Shown here: in pieces, positions 61,696 through 64,000 of the stretch | Numbering within the stretch: the stretch's first letter is position 1 | Layout: each line of letters begins with the position of its first letter | Source: Dimorphilus gyrociliatus | Lineage: Eukaryota; Animalia; Annelida | NCBI GenBank assembly: GCA_904063045.1 | Contig: CAJFCJ010000005.1 | Span: 2,309,988-2,373,987, forward strand | DNA length: 64,000 nucleotides | Reading direction: 5' to 3' | Program-made: the position numbers and the translations under genes | Notes under the pieces: generated by a model | The model's database searches: none | Told to the model about the DNA's origin: nothing | Seen by the model: only the letters and a program-made list of their open reading frames with translations

Positions 61696-62130
61696 ATGAA
61701 ATCATTTGTTATCTTTATCCTTATCTATTACGCTTTTCTTTCTTTGGGGGAAGAAACAATAATTATGGGTAATAATGTCACATATATAAGCTCTAATCGG
61801 ATTAGAACTCTATTGCCTTTAAACGAGAGTACTTCCACGAGTCACTCGGTAGCACCTTCCATAGGAAAGAGAAGGAAATTAATGACATTCTCTGAAAGGT
61901 TCGCCAAGCTAATGGAAGGTGTGAGACGGCCAAGAAAGAGTTATACTCCTGTTCTTGCCGGTTCTATAAGCGTTTTTGTAGCCGTTCTATTAGGTATTGT
62001 TATTTTTGTATTGGTAAAAAAACGGAGAAGATCTACTAGTACAACAGATGATAATTGCACAAGAGATGTTACTCAAACATTATCTATATCATCCGATTCA
62101 AACGAAACAATAAACGATACCAGTACATAG
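61696..62130 (+). CDS. Small type I membrane protein (signal peptide, Ser/Thr-rich ectodomain, TM helix, KKRRR stop-transfer)
   Basis: 144-aa ORF with a hydrophobic N-terminus, TM segment VLAGSISVFVAVLLGIVIFVLV and N-glycosylation sequons NVT and NES. Confidence 0.7.
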   Translation: MKSFVIFILIYYAFLSLGEETIIMGNNVTYISSNRIRTLLPLNESTSTSHSVAPSIGKRRKLMTFSERFAKLMEGVRRPRKSYTPVLAGSISVFVAVLLGIVIFVLVKKRRRSTSTTDDNCTRDVTQTLSISSDSNETINDTST

Positions 62131-62212
62131 TTTATTAATTTATCTGTTTGTTTGTTTGTTTGTTTTCATTTATATGTTTTTTATTATTATACATAAATTG
62201 TTTGTATTCATA

Positions 62213-63034
62213 TTAAAATGAAGAGAATTCTTTAAATTTTTGAAATTTTGAACATATTTCACACCAATTATTATTATTATTTCTTAATGATCTAAACAGT
62301 TGGCAGACGACGGCACCGTAACGTCCTTTATTATTCTTAGCAATTAGGACATTCTGAGTACAAATTTGAACGCCATTCAACCTATGAAAGTCATCTTGAA
62401 TAGTTTTAAATAGTTTTTTTGTTAGGTTAATTTTTGTTGAGTCGTTTTGTAAGTCTGAAAGTTTACAAACAGCTGGAATATATTCTGTAACAATTGCTAT
62501 TTGTCTAAAAGTGGGAGATACTAAAGGAACAATTAACAATCCGTAGAATTTAGTAATAATCTCCGATTCATAAGAATGTATAGCTAATAGTGAGGCGTCT
62601 TCCAACACATGTCTAACCTCTCTATGATGAGCCTTAATAAATTTAATAGCAACTGGTTTATCATTAAAACTTGCTAGAAACACTTGATAAAAGGCTCCAT
62701 TACCGATACAAATTGCCGAATTATCATTATTAGAAAGTACTAAATTAATATCAGAATTTATTAAGATATTGAATTTATCATTAAATTCTGGTAGATAATT
62801 ATTAATTAACTGTTCAATACTACTTATAGCTTCATTTTTAATATAATCAGGTAGTTTTATATTTGGAACATTTAGTTCATTTTCCATGTGTAGCTTATTT
62901 AAATTTATTACACAATTATCACTTTTAACATTATAATTGGAATATTTCAATTGTTTATATAGATAAGAAATTGCTATTAATCCAGTAATAGTTATAATAG
63001 TAAATTGATCTAAGTCATTTAAATAGCTATTCAT
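62213..63034 (-). CDS. Truncated membrane-anchored pseudokinase
   Basis: N-terminal TM helix, IGNGAFYQV glycine loop, VAIK lysine and IVTEY hinge. The HRD and DFG positions are degenerate and the C-lobe is largely missing. Confidence 0.68.
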   Translation of the reverse strand: MNSYLNDLDQFTIITITGLIAISYLYKQLKYSNYNVKSDNCVINLNKLHMENELNVPNIKLPDYIKNEAISSIEQLINNYLPEFNDKFNILINSDINLVLSNNDNSAICIGNGAFYQVFLASFNDKPVAIKFIKAHHREVRHVLEDASLLAIHSYESEIITKFYGLLIVPLVSPTFRQIAIVTEYIPAVCKLSDLQNDSTKINLTKKLFKTIQDDFHRLNGVQICTQNVLIAKNNKGRYGAVVCQLFRSLRNNNNNWCEICSKFQKFKEFSSF

Positions 63035-63085
63035 ACTGTAAAATATTAATAAATAAACAAATCAACAAATAAACAAATGTTTAAT

Positions 63086-64000
63086 TTAAAAAATCGTCAT
63101 TTTCTTCTTATTATTTCTCTTTTCTTTGTGAGCATTTATTGTTTTATTTGATTGTTCTAATCTTCTTTTATAATCTTGAGTTTCCTTTAATTTTTCAATC
63201 ATATGTTTATAGACTCTTGTATCTTTTCCTTCGTTTCTTTTTATAGAATTCTCTAATCTATCTATTTCTTTATTTACAACTCTTAACTCTTGTTCAGTTT
63301 TGAACATCTGTCAAAAGAGAATAAAAGAAAAAAACGTATTTGAAATTAATTGAGTAACTGTTTTTTTAAAAAAAAAATAATTACTTGAACATTTAATGAT
63401 TTATCATTTCTCTGCTCTAGATCTTTTTCACTAATTTCTCTTCTGGTTTTATGAGCGGACGGAAGTGTCGTAGTTTTATCTAATTAAAAATTAATATTAG
63501 AATAATATTTACAACTTAGAATAAGAAAAGACATTACCTTTTTTATGTTTAGTACTTAATTTCTTATTAAGAAATTTAAAAACGTCCTTTTGAAGGGGAT
63601 TTTTCTTTTTTATTCGTGTATTAGTAGTATCGACGTTACCTAATTTCCTTTCTTTCATATTCATTATTCTATCTAGAGATTTACCTAGAAAATAGCATAG
63701 TTCAATTATACTTATTATTATTTTTTAACAATAATATAACCTGGTGGTAATACAACTATTGGAACAGGTTCAGATCTTCCTTTATTACTCTTTCCTAATC
63801 CTTCGCCTACTACGTAACCCATTTTAAGCATTAACTTTGAACCGATACCCTTTAATTTATAATATATTGTATTAGTAAGTATTATTAATTTTATACTCTT
63901 ACTAACCTTTGTATATTTTTCCCAATAGCCTATTTGAGAGTTGTCTACATTCTCCTCCTTAATTGTACGTGTTGGACACCACGTTTCGTTACCTTCGTTA
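63086..64000 (-). CDS. ZGPAT: ZGPAT, 3' portion (G-patch and C-terminal coiled coil); runs off the window
   Basis: YWEKYTK|GIGSKLMLKMGYVVGEGLGK..GRSEPVPIVVLPPG|KSLD, DVFKFLNKKL and the C-terminus KKMTIF. Confidence 0.88.

Overview
This is AT-rich, gene-dense eukaryotic (animal) DNA with mostly short GT-AG introns and tiny intergenic spacers. The style suggests a compact spiralian/annelid-type genome, but that is inference. I found no CRISPR, rRNA, tRNA or intact mobile element. Recognisable genes, left to right: LRMDA (+), Tribbles (-), NOSIP (+), a jitterbug-type filamin with no visible actin-binding domain (-), a large multi-IQ calmodulin-binding locus (-), SAP30 (-), a MATE/SLC47 transporter (-), GSS (+), COQ6 (+), MOB3 (+), POC1 (-), and the 3' part of ZGPAT (-). 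Orphan content includes a duplicated two-gene module flanking MOB3, a three-member coiled-coil/beta-rich family, a small type I membrane protein and a truncated membrane-anchored pseudokinase. The main find is the IQ locus (16910-30596). Manual exon assembly gives one shared 5-IQ plus acidic-tail core that can be joined in frame to three mutually exclusive N-termini: an Sp17-type RIIa docking domain missed by the ORF track, an MGCTGSK lipid anchor, or an MGQALCPC lipid anchor. A 67-aa PEP-19/neurogranin-like mini-ORF is also nested in one of its introns. A second signal is an operon/trans-splicing-like junction between ZGPAT and the pseudokinase. All gene models were assembled by eye, and family assignments rest on remembered motifs rather than database searches.
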